Positions 23,873 to 36,603 of a stretch of 64,000 nucleotides of DNA are shown here, in pieces. The DNA comes from Zancudomyces culisetae HAW-14-8 (taxonomy: Eukaryota > Fungi > Kickxellomycota): positions 15,052 to 79,051 of the forward strand of contig JBNJNM010000017.1 in NCBI GenBank assembly GCA_052426225.1, in the 5' to 3' direction. The number at the start of each line of letters is the position of its first letter. Position 1 is the first letter of the stretch. The notes beneath the pieces are model-generated. The model did no database searches, was not told where the DNA came from, and worked only from the letters and a program-made list of their open reading frames with translations. A program made the translations under genes and the position numbers.

Positions 23873-25313
23873 TTACATCAGGAATTCCGGAGTATTGCCT
23901 CGCATTTCTGCGTTGGCGCTACTATTTTTTGGTGGATTTACACCTAAGGAGGAGGGTTTAAACATTTCAATGCCACCTTTTTTCTCTTCGTTTAAGGTGA
24001 TTTTTTGCAAATGTTTGATGTACTCAACTGATTGTCTTAGAATAGAACCCTTGTTGGGTTTTTGGGTTGGATCCTTCATTGATAATGGAAGTAAGGAGTA
24101 TAACTCTTTTATTTTTTCGTTTATATTTTCTCTCCTTCTCCTCTCAACTGCATTGTGGCTTTCCCTACGCCTCTGGCGTTTTTCAGTTACCAAGTGCTCT
24201 CTATTTTTTTATAGGTATCATTGATTTGTTCTAACATCAATATATCCTTCTAATACACTAGTCGGGCTTGAATTAATTCTGCTTCATGCAAAAATGTTAA
24301 AATACTTTAATACAAAATGCTATAACACCTTACCTCTGGATATCATATGGATTTTTGCCCTGTTGGGCAATATTTTCATTCATATCACTATTAAACTGTA
24401 CAGCTGACGTGTTTAGTTTTTTTTTCCCACCGAGTTGGCTGGTCTCTTGACTTTGAAGATAACTTGATGCTCTTATTTTTTGATCGTCAGTGGAGAATGA
24501 CTGTCCATAAAAAAGTGGGCTGGCCACAGGCGATTGCGCCAAAAAGTGCATGTTCAGCAAACTGGCTTGCTGCTGCTGCTGCTGTTGCTGTTGTTGTTGC
24601 TGTTGCTGTTGCTGTTGTTGGGGGTGTGTATTTTCTAAGCTTTGTTGATTGAATCCCACATTATTCTCGCCATTATTTCTATTAGCTGGAAATGCTCGAG
24701 TTGCATATCCGCTCATTGCAGATAACTCATAGGAGTCTTCACCTAGTATAGGAAATAAGTCTGTTCTTGTTTGTGGAGATCGTAAATCATTGCTAAACGC
24801 CTGCTGCTGAATATCTATTCCTGTTGAGTAGCTTAATACGCCTGTGTGTGTCGGTGCTGGTAAATTCATTGTATGACCACCTTGTGTGTTTTTTTCAGAG
24901 AGAACTGAATACGTATCCAAGCTTCTGATGGTATTATCCGCTTTATCCTTTCCTTTTTTCACTTTATCCCGTCTTTTTACTGTGTGCTGCCGTACTTTTT
25001 TTTTATTGTCATGTTGGTACATTTGTGGTGAAGATATTGGAAGGGTTTGGTATGGAGAGTTTTCCATGTATCCTTGCAGGTACATTTGATTGATATTATT
25101 GAAGGTTGATGGGCCCTGATAGCCCACCTCAACATCTCTATTCAAATTTAAAAACCCCATGGTTGGCGTCTGATATACACCATTATTGTTGCTTTGTTGA
25201 AAAATTAATTCTGCAGGGTTAGTTTGGTGCTGGTCATCTTGTTGACCATATCGCTGCTGAACTATATCGTTTTGATTCTGTGATTGTAAATTAGGCGAAT
25301 TTCCAAAGTCCAT
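23873..25313 (-). CDS. bHLH(-ZIP) transcription factor, MiT/TFE-Rtg3-like; exons 25313-24334, 24200-23873
   Basis: '[32 protein letters not shown]...[19 protein letters not shown]'. Q/N-rich N-terminus. A phase-2 GT-AG intron joins the two ORFs. Confidence 0.88.
24568..24622 (-). repeat. CAA/CAG trinucleotide tract encoding polyglutamine in the bHLH factor
   Basis: [23 protein letters not shown] in the translation. Confidence 0.9.
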
Positions 25314-25843
25314 GGCTAAGTCTTGTCATATTATATCACTTTATTGAAAGTTCAATGGGTTTGTTTTTTATTCTTACTATCTACAAATATATTCGCACCT
25401 TGATAAGGGTAAAGTGTTATGTTGTATTATATCTAGTTAACTACAACTATAATTTCCTGTTGCGTAATATCTTTTTATTATATGTTTTTCTTCGTTTATT
25501 TTAGAAAAAAAGCCCACTGGAGTATGTACTTTTTGCTCACGTTTAATAGATTCTGGCTACCGCAGGTCAACATTTTCCAGCTTGCTTACTGTTGTCTTTT
25601 TTCGGTAATATATTCCATAGACACTTTTTATAGGGATAAATAGATCCCTTCGAAAGACACATTTATCTTCTTCCTGTATAGTACTGGGTTCTGTAAACCA
25701 AGAAAAACAAAGTACAGGAAAACAAAATACTAGCATCAATATCTAGACTCCAAGGAAGCTTGATTTGGTACATTATATTGTTCTAATTTGCCTTATTTTT
25801 TTAGTATTACAACAAAAAATAGGCTCCCATATAAATACTTGTA

Positions 25844-26296
25844 CACGTGAAAATAATTTTTCTTATTTAGAGTTCCCTGTTAGACATACAACGTTGTTTT
25901 TTTCACATGCGAAGAAAAGTAATAAGTAAGTTACTATCGATTGTGAACTAAAAAAAATTCACGATGTTGCCACCACTGGAGTCACCTGTTCTTCTTTCCC
26001 GTGTCCTCCCTTTTACAACACTACATTGTTCGACTGAACAATATTTGTGAGTATAGATTAATCACAAGCTCTTTTATTCATAAGGCTTATCCTGGGTTAA
26101 TGAACTATGTACTCGCGCCAAAATATTGTTGCCATCTAAACAATCAGTTTCAATAAACCAGCTAACAGTATTTGGGAAGGGTGGGGTTCGCCGAGGCGTT
26201 TTTTGTGGGGAAGATTTACAAAGCCAGGGCAATAAAGTCATCAACCGTTATACCGCCACTAGTGTCATGTATATAAAAGGCAAAGCGTGTCACGTG
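25844..26296. promoter_or_regulatory. Two CACGTG E-boxes (25844-25849, 26291-26296) upstream of the bHLH gene
   Basis: gtaCACGTGaa and gtgtCACGTGcaa seen directly. Function is inferred. Confidence 0.35.
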
Positions 26297-28210
26297 CAAC
26301 CCGGCATACTTTGCATCAAAACAGAGTGAATAAATTCCGGTAATTTGTGAACAAACCTTTTCTCTGTATTCATTGCTCATTTTATCATTCGATAGTAAAC
26401 CGGATATATAAAAAAAAATCAGTAACTGCAACAGCTCCCATTTTTATAAGTCAAAGTGACGGCCAGCGTTCCTTCAAAGATGTTCAACAAGATTCCTAAA
26501 GTACGTGGCGTGAGTATTATTTGCTTATTTCATGTCATAAATTGACTTGAATATCGAATTAGATGATTTACTATCTCTTGCCCACTATATAAAAGTTATT
26601 TTAAAAGCAAACTTTGATATCTCATACAAAAGAAGAAAAAAGCGAGATAGGGCTTGTTTTGTTTAGTGCTCTCCAGTATTTATATTTGTGAAAAATAAGG
26701 TTTATATACCATAATGTTTAAAAGTACAACCAGAGTATGTAGTAATTGATCTGTGCCTCATTATAGGGCCAGTAATCCGAGTTTAAAATAATACTAGCTA
26801 TTTACATTAGAACGTGTTAGATCTATCTACAACCATTCCCCCCTATGACCTCGCTGCTAAGAGCCATTTTCGATGGGCAAACAATTTTGTATAATTAGGA
26901 GTTTTTTTGCTTTAAATGGTGTTTAAGCGGTACCAACACATCATGTTTGAATAATAATACACACATTTGACTGTTTTATGGCATATAAAGTTAGTGCCAT
27001 CTAAAAAAAATAGAATAGTTTCTTATTAAGATTTAACTAAGCATAGCCAATCTTTTAAGGACAAAATCAATTTTGCTTGCCATATGAAACGAGTTGTAGC
27101 AACCGTTATGCATGGCTTTCCTCTCCTCTGTTTTTTTTTTTTTGCATCATTTGGGCTCGCTGATTGAAGCGGTGTTGGTTTTTGCATTGAAAATAGGCTA
27201 ACGGTTTGGATGCTGATGTTTCGAGCAGATATATCGATATCGCATTATAATATAATGCGGGGTTTATGACATCATTTTTAACCGCTATATACTGCATATT
27301 TGTCAAGTGATATCAAGAAGGTAGAATGTGCGTTAACTCCAAGTACATGCCATTGATAGTATGTTATATCATAAAACATATTGTTATAGCTTGGTAAGTG
27401 TACTCCGTGTAAATGGACTACCGCCTTTTTGAAAGTATTACTAATACGTGTTTTCTGGATTTTCTTTTCGACATTAATATGAACCATATCAAGGCGATGT
27501 GCCCATTTACATCACTTCTTTGGTTCGTATGATGGTATTATCACTGTTGCCATCCATTGTGTTATATTGTGTGCGTCAATATAATCTAGATTATCAACTA
27601 CATCTGCAAAAATTGCCGCTGATACCACAAACCCCCTATATAATTTACAACTAAATGTAGTTAATCATGTAGTACCATGTGAAGATGATGCTGTATTTTA
27701 CCCGAGACAACCTAGTCACTACTTGCAGCGGTTTATTCTTGAGATTACAAAAGTTCACCAAAAAAATGTGGCTATTGCACTAAAAAAACTAACCTGAATT
27801 AGCCGTAATTAAAAAATAGGTTGGTGTTTATGTAATGTAAACAAAAATAGATTTTGTAAACAAAAGCAAGGCAAGTGGATTGGGGGAAAAATAATGAGTG
27901 TTGAATGATTAGAGCATCAAAGTTGGTGAATAAAGTTGAGCCTTTGGCTGAAAATTTTGATGTGTGTAGAACCTTTATAACAATTCTAACCAAACAAAGG
28001 GGAGTAAAAAATCTCCTAAAAGTTTTTAAAAAGGTGTTGGAAGCTTGATTTTTTTGATGGGATGATGATAATAGGTTAAGGTTTAATATTTATGTAAAAA
28101 CCAGCGTGACATTTCTATAAAATTAAGGCAGTATCCAGATACTAGAGAGTGCGATAACAAAAAATATAGAAAATCTGAGAAACCGGGCGACAGACATACC
28201 AGCTTCGCTA

Positions 28211-31200
28211 ATGCAATATACAGAGAATATATCTGAGTACAAAGGCGAATCAACAAGTGTTAAAAGAGTGAGAGGAAAAGAAAACATGGAAAGTAAGACG
28301 ACCTTCACGAAAAAGTTTATTTTTAAACTTGAAAAACAGAGTCATTCAGAAACGGAAGCAGTAGAAGTCTTTTTATTAGGCGACTTTAAAAATGACTGGG
28401 AAAAAATAAAAATGGAAAAATTACAAGTAGATAGCGAGGAAGCTGTTCGATCGGAAGGCGTAAAAGATGAAGAAAAAAGTAGCGAAGCAGAAAGTAATAT
28501 TCACGAAGAAGATGGTAGCGGTCAACTATACTATACAGTAGTAGAAGGGTTACAATACAACAGAAGATATATGTACAAGTATCAAGTTGGTAATGAGTGG
28601 GTGTTGGATGCAAAAGATCCCATCACAACCACAACAGAAGGCTATGTTAACAATATACTATATAAGAGCAATGGGACTAGCGATGAAGCTAGCGGCACTG
28701 ATATATTGGAGGACAGCTCAATAGTGGAGCCAAAATCGGATATACCAAAGGCTGAAGCCGAGATTAAAGTAGAGGAAAAGGGGGGAGACTGGCGCGCTAT
28801 GGATGAAAAGCTAGACGAAGTGGGTAAGTAAAACCATTTGTAGTTATTAATAAAACCGGTATTCGAATAAAAACAGTTTAAGCAGGAATTTGCACTCTAG
28901 CTTTTATTAAAAATAGAAACCTAAAACATTACATAAATATATGTATCTCGATAGATGGATGCAAAATGAAGAGTGCAGCTGAAAGCCAGGTTACTGAACC
29001 GAAAGATGGTAAGTAGTCTAGTTATTACGGGGGTAGCGGTGCATATTATTTATGTTATTAAGCGCAACTTTCTTGAACACAAAAAAAATCAATATAATTG
29101 GCAAATTTATAGCTGAGGAAGATGGAAAGGAAAGGTTAGAACAGAGCGATATGGGACAGGCGAGAAAGATATGTACCATAAATGAAGAAGTAGTAAAAGT
29201 TAGTGGTAGTGGCGCCAGCCCAGGAATCCAGGCGGGAGCGGAGGGGTCTATGAAATACGAATCTCAAGAGCATGATTCACTGCAAGAAAATAATGCTTTT
29301 GGTGTTATCAAGCAAGATCCCGATGGTAAGGCCGAACATCATGCAAATAAACTTGACAGTTTTGAAATTGAAGGTATGTATAAAGGTCAGGGGGGTTGTA
29401 GTATTGGTGTTAACATTGTGAGTATTCCAAGTTACTGCCACAATGTCGATTTGGTCTAAAAAAATAAGATAAGCTAACCTTCGAAAATCCAAAAAACAGG
29501 GCAAATGTCTGAATCGGGTGGAGTGGTAGAAGAAAAAACGCTACAAATACAAGGTAACTGAGTCATTTTAATGTGAAATCTACTATGAATACGAATTACT
29601 ACATGTAGCTGCATTTGTGATGTATGATATTAAGCTACTTAAAGTTATCTGAAAGAAGCGAAAAAAGCAATAACCAGAACAATTTAATAAATCCAAATAA
29701 GTAGCCAAAAAAGAGAATGAAGCTTCTAGTCATTCCGGGAGTGGCGTGTTAGAAGGTGATATAAAGAGTAAGATACAAGATAAAAAGTTTAAAGTTGCAT
29801 ATTGTGACTTACAAACAAAAATATTTGGATGAAACCGATGGTAGAGTTTCTTAGCTCGAAACTATAGCTAAATACAAAATTCAAAAAATAAATATAATCT
29901 TGAATAGGCGCATCTATGGGAGTAGAAACATGCAAAAATAAGACTCTACTAGTCACAGATAATCCAGCGGAATTAGTATTGGAATGTAGCGCCACTGAAA
30001 GCGCGATAAATAATGTGGAGCGCGTGGGCAATCAGGGCACCGTGTCAAATGAACAGAGTACTGGTGTCGAAGTCGAAAAAATAGCACAAACAGGTAGAGA
30101 ACCAGCCGTTGAGACAGTTGCTGAGCCAGTTGTTGAATCAGTTGCTGAGACAGTTGTTGAGCCAGTTGTTGAGCCAGTTGCTGAGATAGTTGCTGAGACT
30201 GTTGTTGAGCCAGTTACTGAGACAGTTGCTGAACCAGTTGCTGAGACAGTTGCTGAGACAGTTGTTGAACCAGTTGTCGAACCAGTTACTGAGACAGTTG
30301 TTGAACCAGTTGTCGAACCAGTTACTGAGACAGTTGTTGAACCAGTTGTTGAGCCAGTTGTTGAACCAGTTGCCGAACCAGTTGCTGAGACTGTTGTTGA
30401 GCCAGTTGTTGAGCCAGTTGTTGAGACAGTTGTTGAGACAGTTGCTGAGGCAGTTGTTGAGCCCGTTGTTGAACCAGTCGTTGAGACAGTTGCTGAACCA
30501 GTCGTTGAACCAGTTGCTGAGACAGTTGTTGAACCAGTTGTCGAACCAGTTGCTGAGACAGTTGCTGAGCCAGTTGTTGAACCAGTTGTTGAGGCAGTAG
30601 AGGAACCAGTTGCTGAACCAGTTGTTGAGCCAGTTGCTGAGCCAGTTGCTGAGCCCGTTGTTGAACCAGTCGTTGAGACAGTTGCTGAGATAGTTGCTGA
30701 ACCAGTCGTTGAACCAGTTGCTGAGGCAGTAGAGGAACCAGTTGCTGAACCAGTTGTTGAGACTGCTGCTGAACCAGTTGCTGAACCAGTTGCTGAGACA
30801 GTTGCTGAGCCAGTTGCTGAGATAGTTGCTGAACCAGTCGTTGAACCAGTTGCTGAGGCAGTAGAGGAACCAGTTGCTGAACCAGTTGTTGAGACTGCTG
30901 CTGAACCAGTTGCTGAGATAGTTGCTGAACCAGTCGTTGAACCAGTTGCTGAGGCAGTAGAGGAACCAGTTGTTGAACCAGTTGTTGAGACAGTTGCTGA
31001 GGCAGTAGAGGAACCAGTTGCTGAACCAGTTGTTGAGACTGCTGCTGAACCAGTTGCTGAACCAGTTGCTGAGACAGTTGCTGAGCCAGTTGTTGAACCA
31101 GTTGTTGAGGCAGTAGAGGAACCAGTTGCTGAACCAGTTGTTGAGCCAGTTGCTGAGCCAGTTGCTGAGCCCGTTGTTGAACCAGTCGTTGAGACAGTTG

Positions 31201-34172
31201 CTGAGATAGTTGCTGAACCAGTCGTTGAACCAGTTGCTGAGGCAGTAGAGGAACCAGTTGTTGAACCAGTTGTTGAACCAGTTGTTGAACCAGTTGTTGA
31301 GACAGTTGCTGAGGCAGTAGAGGAACCAGTTGCTGAACCAGTTGTTGAGACTGCTGCTGAACCAGTTGCTGAGATAGTTGCTGAACCAGTCGTTGAACCA
31401 GTTGCTGAGGCAGTAGAGGAACCAGTTGTTGAACCAGTTGTTGAGACAGTTGCTGAGGCAGTAGAGGAACCAGTTGCTGAACCAGTTGTTGAGACTGCTG
31501 CTGAACCAGTTGCTGAACCAGTTGCTGAGACAGTTGCTGAGCCAGTTGTTGAACCAGTTGTTGAGGCAGTAGAGGAACCAGTTGCTGAACCAGTTGTTGA
31601 GACTGCTGCTGAACCAGTTGCTGAGACAGTTGCTGAGCCAGCTGTTGAGCCAGTTGTTGAGCCAGTTGTTGAGCCAGTTGTTGAGCCAGTTGTTGAGACT
31701 GCTGCTGAACCAGTTGCCGAACCAGTTGTCGAACCAGTTACTGAGACAGTTGTTGAACCAGTTGTTGAGCCAGTTGTTGAACCAGTTGCCGAACCAGTTG
31801 CTGAGACTGTTGTTGAGCCAGTTGCTGAGCCAGCTGTTGAGCCAGTTGTTGAGCCAGTTGTTGAGCCAGTTGTTGAGCCAGTTGTTGAGCCAGTTGTTGA
31901 GACTGCTGCTGAACCAGTTGCCGAACCAGTTGCTGAGCCAGTTGTTGAGCCAGTTGTTGAGCCAGTTGTTGAGATAGTTGCTGAGCCAGTTGTTGAGCCA
32001 GTTGTTGAGCCAGTTGTTGAGATAGTTGCTGAATCAGTTGTTGAGCCAGTTGTTGAGACAGTTGCTGAGATAGTTGCTGAACCAGTCGTTGAACCAGTTA
32101 CTGAGACTGTTGTTGAACCAGTTGTTGAACCAGTTGTTGAGCCAGTTGTTGAGCCAGTTGTTGAGATAGTTGCTGAGCCAGTTGCTGAGACAGTTGTTGA
32201 ACCAGTTGTTGAGACAGTTGCCGAACCAGTAGAGGAACCAGTAGAGGAACCAGTCGTTGAAACTGTTGTTGAGTCAGTTGCTGAGCCAATTGCTGAACCA
32301 GTAGAGGAACCAGTAGAGGAACCAGTTGTTGAGCCAGTTGCCGAACCAGTAGAGGAACCAGTAGAGGAACCAGTCGTTGAAACTGTTGTTGAGTCAGTTG
32401 CTGAGCCAATTGCTGAACCAGTAGAGGAACCAGTTGTTGAACCAGTTGTTGAGACAGTTGCTGAGGCAGTAGAGGAACCAGTTGCTGAACCAGTTGTTGA
32501 GACTGCTGCTGAACCAGTTGCTGAACCAGTTGCTGAGACAGTTGCTGAGCCAGTTGTTGAACCAGTTGTTGAGGCAGTAGAGGAACCAGTTGCTGAACCA
32601 GTTGTTGAGCCAGTTGCTGAGCCAGTTGCTGAGCCCGTTGTTGAACCAGTCGTTGAGACAGTTGCTGAGATAGTTGCTGAACCAGTCGTTGAACCAGTTG
32701 CTGAGGCAGTAGAGGAACCAGTTGTTGAACCAGTTGTTGAGACAGTTGCTGAGGCAGTAGAGGAACCAGTTGCTGAACCAGTTGTTGAGACTGCTGCTGA
32801 ACCAGTTGCTGAACCAGTTGCTGAGACAGTTGCTGAGCCAGTTGTTGAACCAGTTGTTGAGGCAGTAGAGGAACCAGTTGCTGAACCAGTTGTTGAGACA
32901 GTTGCTGAACCAGTAGAGGAACCAGTTGTTGAGACTGTTGTTGAACCAGTCGCTGAGATAGTTGTTGAGACAGTTACTGAGACTGTTGTTGAGCCAGTTG
33001 CTGAACCAGTCGTTGAACCAGTTGCTGAGACTGTTGTTGAACCAGTCGCTGAGATAGTTGTTGAGACAGTTGTTGAATCAGTTGCTGAGACAGTTGCTGA
33101 ACCAGTCGTTGAGGCAACAAAGGAGCCGATAAGTATCATACCTCTGATGGATTCATCTATACAACATACCTCTCCCCTCTCCATTAAGGAAGAAGATCAA
33201 TCAGTAACTGTGATTACAAATGATCCTATACCCTTGGAAACAGCTTTTGGGACGACCAAAGAGGTATTTGTTAATCTTGAATCTTCTCAAGCTTTATCCA
33301 ATGCTTCGAAAGTTGATTTCTTGCCTGAGCTTGCTGAGCCTCTAACAATTGAACAATCTCCATCTTTCGACCTGGTAAATAAAACGTCTTCGATTTTACA
33401 TGAAGGTTATTCTGCTCTCTCTGGTACAGCTGAAGGAGAAGATAGCATAAAGTCGTATGTATCACCCTTTTCTGTTCCATCTAAAGATGGGACCTCAGAT
33501 CCTGGAAGCAATGCTGAAGTGACCATTAAGCATGTAGCCTCTCCCATCGATAAGCTAGAATTTTATCCTGCTTTTAATCCGCTGGTTGCCCCAAAGCTTA
33601 AACTTTCTACAGAATTCGCGGCGCAGATGCCGACCTCCAGCCACGCTAGAAAATCATTTATTGACGTGGCAGCGACTCTTGAAACCGAAAAACTATCTGC
33701 TCAGGATCCATTGTTATTGGATGAAGCACATGAAGAGACCAATTTTGTTGGATCCGCTTATACTCCTTCGAGTCTACCACTAGAAAAAGCAGTATCCCTT
33801 CAGGTGTCAGAAAACCAATTATCTATCTCAAAAGATGGTGACGCTAGTAACCACGCTCCAGCAAATGAAGAGTTGTCTGACCCACCAGCTAACAATGGTG
33901 CTAATGTGTATTCTGATGGTGATCGCGAGATCCCTGTTTCTCAAGAAAATTCACTTGCGACCACACCAGATGCTACAGAACTTCATCAAGAACAGTATAA
34001 TGACACTCCTTCAACTCAACATATGCAACACCAGGGTACTGAAACGAGCGATGATGTAGACGCAATGGAGTATTCCCCAGCGCCTGGCCCTAGTACTTCG
34101 CTAAATGGTATTGAGAATATCAAAACCCGAAGGAGTCGATTCTCGAGTTTTTTCAAAAGGCTGTTTAGTTAA
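28211..34172 (+). CDS. Large Crp1/Mdg1-like protein: N-terminal AMPK-beta-type CBM48 domain, long acidic EPVV/EPVA repeat, basic amphipathic C-terminus. Predicted exons 28211(or 28285)-28823, 28955-29008, 29113-29373, 29500-29553, 29705-29767 (tentative), 29908-34172
   Basis: CBM48 signature 'EVFLLGDFKNDWEKIKMEK...YMYKYQVGNEWVLD...TTTEGYVNNIL'. Phase-1 GT-AG introns join three ORFs of the track in frame. Ends 'KTRRSRFSSFFKRLFS'. Confidence 0.72.
30099..33113 (+). repeat. About 3-kb coding minisatellite, 12-bp unit GA(A/G)CCAGTTG(T/C)T, with higher-order duplications
   Basis: Continuous 4-aa period E-[P/T/I/A/S]-V-[V/A/E/T]. Long identical blocks recur, for example starting near 30651, 31167 and 32631. 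Confidence 0.97.
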
Positions 34173-35814
34173 CTTGATTAACAGTTCTAGTGCTCTTTTC
34201 ATTCCTTAGTGCTTTTATTTGTTGATACTTTCACAGAAATCTAAAGTTGTTGTTTACTTTAATTGGCATCTCTTTTCGTATTCGTTTTTTTTGCTGCTTT
34301 CAACAACACATTTGTTGCTATATCTGTTATTAAAATTTGCAGTATTTTTTTTTTTTTTGTTTTTTTGTTTTTTTGGTGTATATGCTGAGGATATCTCAGA
34401 GTCATTGCTTCATTTCTGGTTCGACTTTTTAGTATTGGTTCGAGTTTTGCCAACTAACTTAGTACTAAAAAGTGGAATGGCAGCTGGTATTAACATTAGA
34501 TAGATTAGATTATTGGCGTTTTAATTCGAAAACGACAGTACACTACAGATGGTTATCACAGGGTATCAAAATTCAACCAGAAGGGGGAGGGGGGGTGTGT
34601 TGCTGAAATGCGCATATTTTAAATTATAAAACACATAACTAAAGACAAGTAAATCCATTTATGAAAGAATGTAGTCCAGTATACTGGACCTTAGCTATGA
34701 ATACTTGATCGGGAATACGGCTAACTGTATCACTGATTCCCTTCTCTCAACGTTTGTTCTTTTCATTTTACTTTGGTGGAAACAGTTTTTTTTTTTTGAA
34801 CGCAAGGGTATAGCACTAAGAGGACGTATAAATGTAAAAATTTAATATACCGAATAGAGCCAAAATGTGGCAGATAGTGTAGATGTTCAAGTAAGTACGC
34901 ATACAGCTACATGCCTTTGTTAAACACGCCTTCAAGAAACGTTTAAGGACCCAAATAACTAACTTTCTGATGTTTCAAAATTGAAATGAAAAGAGGGTTG
35001 AAGGCATAAAAATGACGTATAATACACCAAAGGCGGTAAAAGAACTGGTTTTTTCATTCAAAACGAGCTTTGTGCTTGGATTTTGTATAGATTTTTACAT
35101 TTTCTGCCTTGTATTAGGTGATAAAAAGAGTACTGCTCACTGTCCAAAGTAGTTAAATAGCAGGGTAAATAGTTCAGTGTAGTTCACCAAAAAGTACGCC
35201 AAACAAAGCCTAAAGATGATTCTGACTTAAAAGAATGCAATTATTCTCAAGGTGTCCCACTTTTTGCGTTCATAGCTGCGGGCGTGGTTGCATGACGAAA
35301 ATCTTTGCTGGCTCAATCCTTGGTTTGAGGATGCAAGCATGGTCGACTAGCATATTTAAGCAGTAGTTCCTACAAAAAGAAAAAAAAATTTTTTTAGTTG
35401 GAAGGGGGAAGATCTGGTGGTTTTAGATTGTTTTTGGGAAAGTGCATATTGATTTTCTGATTAATGCGAAATAATGTCCACTTATAAAATAACTACACCC
35501 ATTCCTCATTAACACATTAGCTGGAATATGCACCACTCAACCGAATTTGATTGAATGAAGGGCCTAACCTCGATTAAGCAAAAAAATAAAAATAAATAAA
35601 CATAAAAAATTGGGCTCTAAAAAAAGCTTAAAGTATTAGTTGCGAATTTGAAAACACCAATACTTCAATAAAATCAAAAAGCGTGGAGTGTATCTAGTGT
35701 AGTAGAATTTGTGTCATTAGAATTCCAACATATATACAATATCTGCTAATTAAAGCATTCTTGTTTTAGTTAACTTAAACTTATACGAAATAAACGTTTA
35801 GAGACACCCTAATA

Positions 35815-36603
35815 ATGGTAAGCTTCCCATTTCCCAATTCATTTTTAAACTTGGAGTCATCTTTCTCGATTTGCAATTCCAACAAACGCACAAAAAGATG
35901 AAGTAAATCAAACCACGAGAAACTGGAAGCCAGTGACTAGAATTTATCGACTAGTGACAGGTTTGGTTCAAAACGTAGAGCGATAAGTGTATTTCCAAGA
36001 TTGTTTATTCGAAAAACAAAATCGGGGAAAACGAAAATAAATAGTTTCTAGGAAAACCACGGACGAAGATTAAAATGTTCATTAATATGCTGTCCTCATT
36101 TCTGTACTAATCAGGAAAATTGTTAAACTAAATAGTCAAGCCAAGACAAAAGCGGCGTGGTAACGCCAAAGAATTCGCCCCTACCAGAAGGTTCAGGTCC
36201 ACGAAATATTAGGTATTGCTGATAACTACATGGAGACCATTTTTTTAAAAAGCAAAATTTTTACCTTAAAATGGATACAATATCATTTTAATTTATCACT
36301 AAGGCACCTTTACTTTTCGATATCATGAAAATACAAAGCAAATATGTGGTGTACTAAATTGTGAGGCTCATGGTAAATAGGGCAAAGCGAGGTGGAGCAC
36401 AAGCGGCAAGGGCAACTTCTTCTACAAGTCGGAAAAATACTAGCCGAGCAACTGGAAGTTCAAGAACAATGTTGAAATTGTATTCGGAAGATGATGTTAC
36501 CGGTAGCTTAAAGGTTGACCCAGTGGTGGTCTTAGCAATGTGCTTGATATTTATTGGGTCGGTACTTTTGCTTCATTTGTATTCCAAGCTTACAAGGTCG
36601 TGA
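35815..36603 (+). CDS. SBH1: Sec61 translocon beta subunit; exons 35815-35817 (ATG only), 36136-36212, 36381-36603
   Basis: M-SSQDKSGVVTPKNSPLPEGSGPRNIR-AKRGGAQAA...SSRTMLKLYSEDDVTGSLKVDPVVVLAMCLIFIGSVLLLHLYSKLTRS. ATG|GTAAGC donor. Confidence 0.88.

Noticed and set aside
30190-32409. LLNQ/LLSQ and AQQL repeat ORFs in alternate frames
   Set aside because: Frame shadows of the same minisatellite.
30099-33113. Array considered as CRISPR-like
   Set aside because: No unique spacers; it is an in-frame coding tandem repeat in a eukaryotic gene.
30032-33184. 1050-aa antisense ORF of STTG/SATG repeats resembling ice-nucleation or antifreeze proteins
   Set aside because: It is the mirror of the 12-bp sense repeat, which has no stops in that frame, and it closes soon after leaving the array. 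It has no signal peptide or independent domain.
35270-35350. ATGACGAAAA-containing hairpin considered as a SECIS
   Set aside because: The spacing between TGA and the AA motif is wrong, and there is no upstream gene with an in-frame TGA.
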